Shown piece by piece: positions 58,826 to 60,459 of a stretch of 60,459 bases of DNA. The stretch comes from Candidatus Hermodarchaeota archaeon. Lineage in GTDB: Archaea > Asgardarchaeota > Lokiarchaeia > Sigyniarchaeales > SOKP01. Numbering within the stretch: position 1 is the first letter of the stretch; each line of letters starts with the position of its first letter. The position numbers were made by a program, and so were the translations under genes. The notes beneath the pieces were generated by a model that had not been told where the DNA came from, ran no database searches, and worked only from the letters and a program-made list of their open reading frames with translations. The DNA is taken from the NCBI GenBank assembly GCA_048885535.1, contig JBHLLO010000013.1, positions 1 through 60,459 of the forward strand. The letters are read 5' to 3'.

Positions 58826-60247
58826 ATGCAAAAGGTATATAAAATGTCAGACATCTTTAATGGAAGAATTTTATTGCAACCAAATGAGATTCCAGAATAT
58901 TGGGTAAATATTTTACCAGATTTGCCCTCCCCTATGACACCCTTACTAAATCCAATGGATAAGAAACCAATTCCTCAAGAAATGGCATTTGCTATTTTTC
59001 CGCAAGAATGTGTATTGCAAGAGCTTTCTTCTGATCCTTTTATTCCTATCCCTAAGGAATTGAGAGAAATTTTTGCTAGTACATATCGCCCTAGTCCACT
59101 TCATCGTGCTTTTAGATTAGAGAAAGATTTAGGTATTAAAGGAGATAAAATCAAAATTTTTTATAAAAATGAGTCATGTTCTCCTACTGGATCACATAAA
59201 CCTAATACAGCTATAGCCCAAGCATATTATGCAAAAAAGGAAGGATTAGAAGAATTAGTTACAGAAACAGGTGCGGGGCAGTGGGGTTCTGCGCTAGCAT
59301 ATGGGTGTCGTTTGTACAGTCTAAATTGTACGGTATATATGGTAAGAGCAAGCTTTTATCAGAAACCAGGGAGAAAAGTTTTGATGAGATCATTTAATGC
59401 TGAAATATATGCGAGCCCTTCTAATTTAACTGATTCTGGAAAAATCTTTTTGGAAAAAGATTTAGAACATCCAGGGAGTTTAGGAATAGCGATATCTGAA
59501 GCACTAGAGCACAGTATGAGGAGTGATAAAATAAAGTACTCACTTGGAAGTGTTGTAAATTTTGTATTATTACACCAGACTATCATAGGGCAAGAAGCAA
59601 AGATTCAACTCGCTAAAGCTGGTATTGAAAGCCCTGATATTATAATTGGTTGTATGGGAGGTGGTTCAAATTTTGCTGGTTTGATGATTCCATTTGTTAA
59701 AGATAAATTAAATGGGATTAATCAAAACATGGAATTAATCGGTGTGGAACCTCGAGCATGTCCAAGTGTATCTAAAGGAGAGTATAGATGGGATTACGGA
59801 GACTCTGCGATGAAAGGACCTATTGTAAAAATGCACACTTTAGGCCACACCTTTATCCCAAGCCCAATTCATGCAGGAGGATTAAGATACCATGGAATAG
59901 CTCCCATTATTTCAATTTTACATAATAATCGAATTATTGAGACCGTTATGCATCATCAAACGGAAGTAATTAGTGCCGGTCTTCAATTTGCTAAAACTGA
60001 AGGAATTCTACCTGCTCCTGAAAGTGCACATGCTATAAAAGAAACAATTAACCAAGCATTGAAAGCTAAAGAAAATAATGAAAAGAAGGTCATCCTTTTC
60101 AATCTTAGTGGACATGGTTTTTTTGATTTGCTAGCATACGAGGAATTCATGAACGGAAATTTAAAAGAATTTGAATTACCTGACGGCGAGATTCACTCAA
60201 ACTTAACCTCAAAAGAAATGCCAAAAATCGATGAATCACAACTTTAA
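58826..60247 (+). CDS. trpB2: Tryptophan synthase beta chain, TrpB2 type
   Basis: SPTGSHKPN (PLP Lys), TETGAGQWG, GGGSNFAG, IHAGGLRYHG, PAPESAHA, NLSGHG; the start may be ATG 58844. Confidence 0.95.
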   Translation: MQKVYKMSDIFNGRILLQPNEIPEYWVNILPDLPSPMTPLLNPMDKKPIPQEMAFAIFPQECVLQELSSDPFIPIPKELREIFASTYRPSPLHRAFRLEKDLGIKGDKIKIFYKNESCSPTGSHKPNTAIAQAYYAKKEGLEELVTETGAGQWGSALAYGCRLYSLNCTVYMVRASFYQKPGRKVLMRSFNAEIYASPSNLTDSGKIFLEKDLEHPGSLGIAISEALEHSMRSDKIKYSLGSVVNFVLLHQTIIGQEAKIQLAKAGIESPDIIIGCMGGGSNFAGLMIPFVKDKLNGINQNMELIGVEPRACPSVSKGEYRWDYGDSAMKGPIVKMHTLGHTFIPSPIHAGGLRYHGIAPIISILHNNRIIETVMHHQTEVISAGLQFAKTEGILPAPESAHAIKETINQALKAKENNEKKVILFNLSGHGFFDLLAYEEFMNGNLKEFELPDGEIHSNLTSKEMPKIDESQL

Positions 60248-60263
60248 TTTTTTTTTTTTTTTT
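60248..60263 (+). terminator. Oligo-T terminator of trpB2
   Basis: T16 immediately after the TAA. Confidence 0.6.
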
Positions 60264-60300
60264 ATTTTACTAACTTCTATGATTTTTCTAAGTAAAAATT

Positions 60301-60459
60301 CTATACAGAGTAATGCTCTTTTTCGGGGTGAATTTCATGTATAAATCGAAAATCAAAAATATCTTTAACACTGAGTTGCTTACTTATATACCCTAATTTA
60401 TGAAGAATTTGTATAAATCTCATTGTAGATTCTACGTATTCTTCAGAAAGTGCAATACA
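60301..60459 (-). CDS. C-terminal end of a protein entering from outside the window (resembles an ABC substrate-binding protein tail)
   Basis: Manual translation CIALSEEYVESTMRFIQILHKLGYISKQLSVKDIFDFRFIHEIHPEKEHYSV*. Confidence 0.5.
   Translation of the reverse strand, partial: CIALSEEYVESTMRFIQILHKLGYISKQLSVKDIFDFRFIHEIHPEKEHYSV

Noticed and set aside
2746-59586. Short antisense or overlapping ORFs in the track (e.g. 2746, 6543, 7049, 10454, 16422, 18529, 24793, 40893, 45621, 46049, 49249, 52944, 55876, 59359)
   Set aside because: They are shadows of well-supported genes on the other strand or frame and carry no motifs.
1-60459. CRISPR arrays, IS elements, tRNA/rRNA genes
   Set aside because: No regularly spaced repeats, transposase ORFs or GC-rich structured RNA-like segments were seen by eye.

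Overview
AT-rich archaeal chromosomal window, most likely from an Asgard archaeon of the Lokiarchaeia. This is inferred from many roadblock, longin and uDENN-like proteins, Rab- and Arf-like GTPases, a RING-H2 protein and IPG[FY]-TM-basic 'Loki-CTERM' surface proteins. I saw no rRNA, tRNA, CRISPR array or transposase. Main content: (i) two paralogous roadblock-Rab-pseudoGTPase genes enclosing a cassette of two paralogous small membrane peptides, a methyltransferase-TPR protein and a radical SAM/SPASM enzyme (candidate peptide-modification system); (ii) thiDN and thiC; (iii) large surface proteins; (iv) a uDENN-like/7TM/7TM operon upstream of an Arf-longin GTPase; (v) a ~10 kb tusA-dsrEFH-dsrE2-hdrCBA-mvhD-mvhG-like-(frhB::gltD)-tusA operon with no NiFe large subunit, plus a second dsrEFH; (vi) trpB2, preceded by an unannotated 16-codon leader ORF MAALRIISWQWPWHWQ that looks like a Trp-sensing attenuator peptide. 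Two genes appear to start at ATT, and two gene remnants are present. Family calls come from motif recognition by eye, not from database searches.
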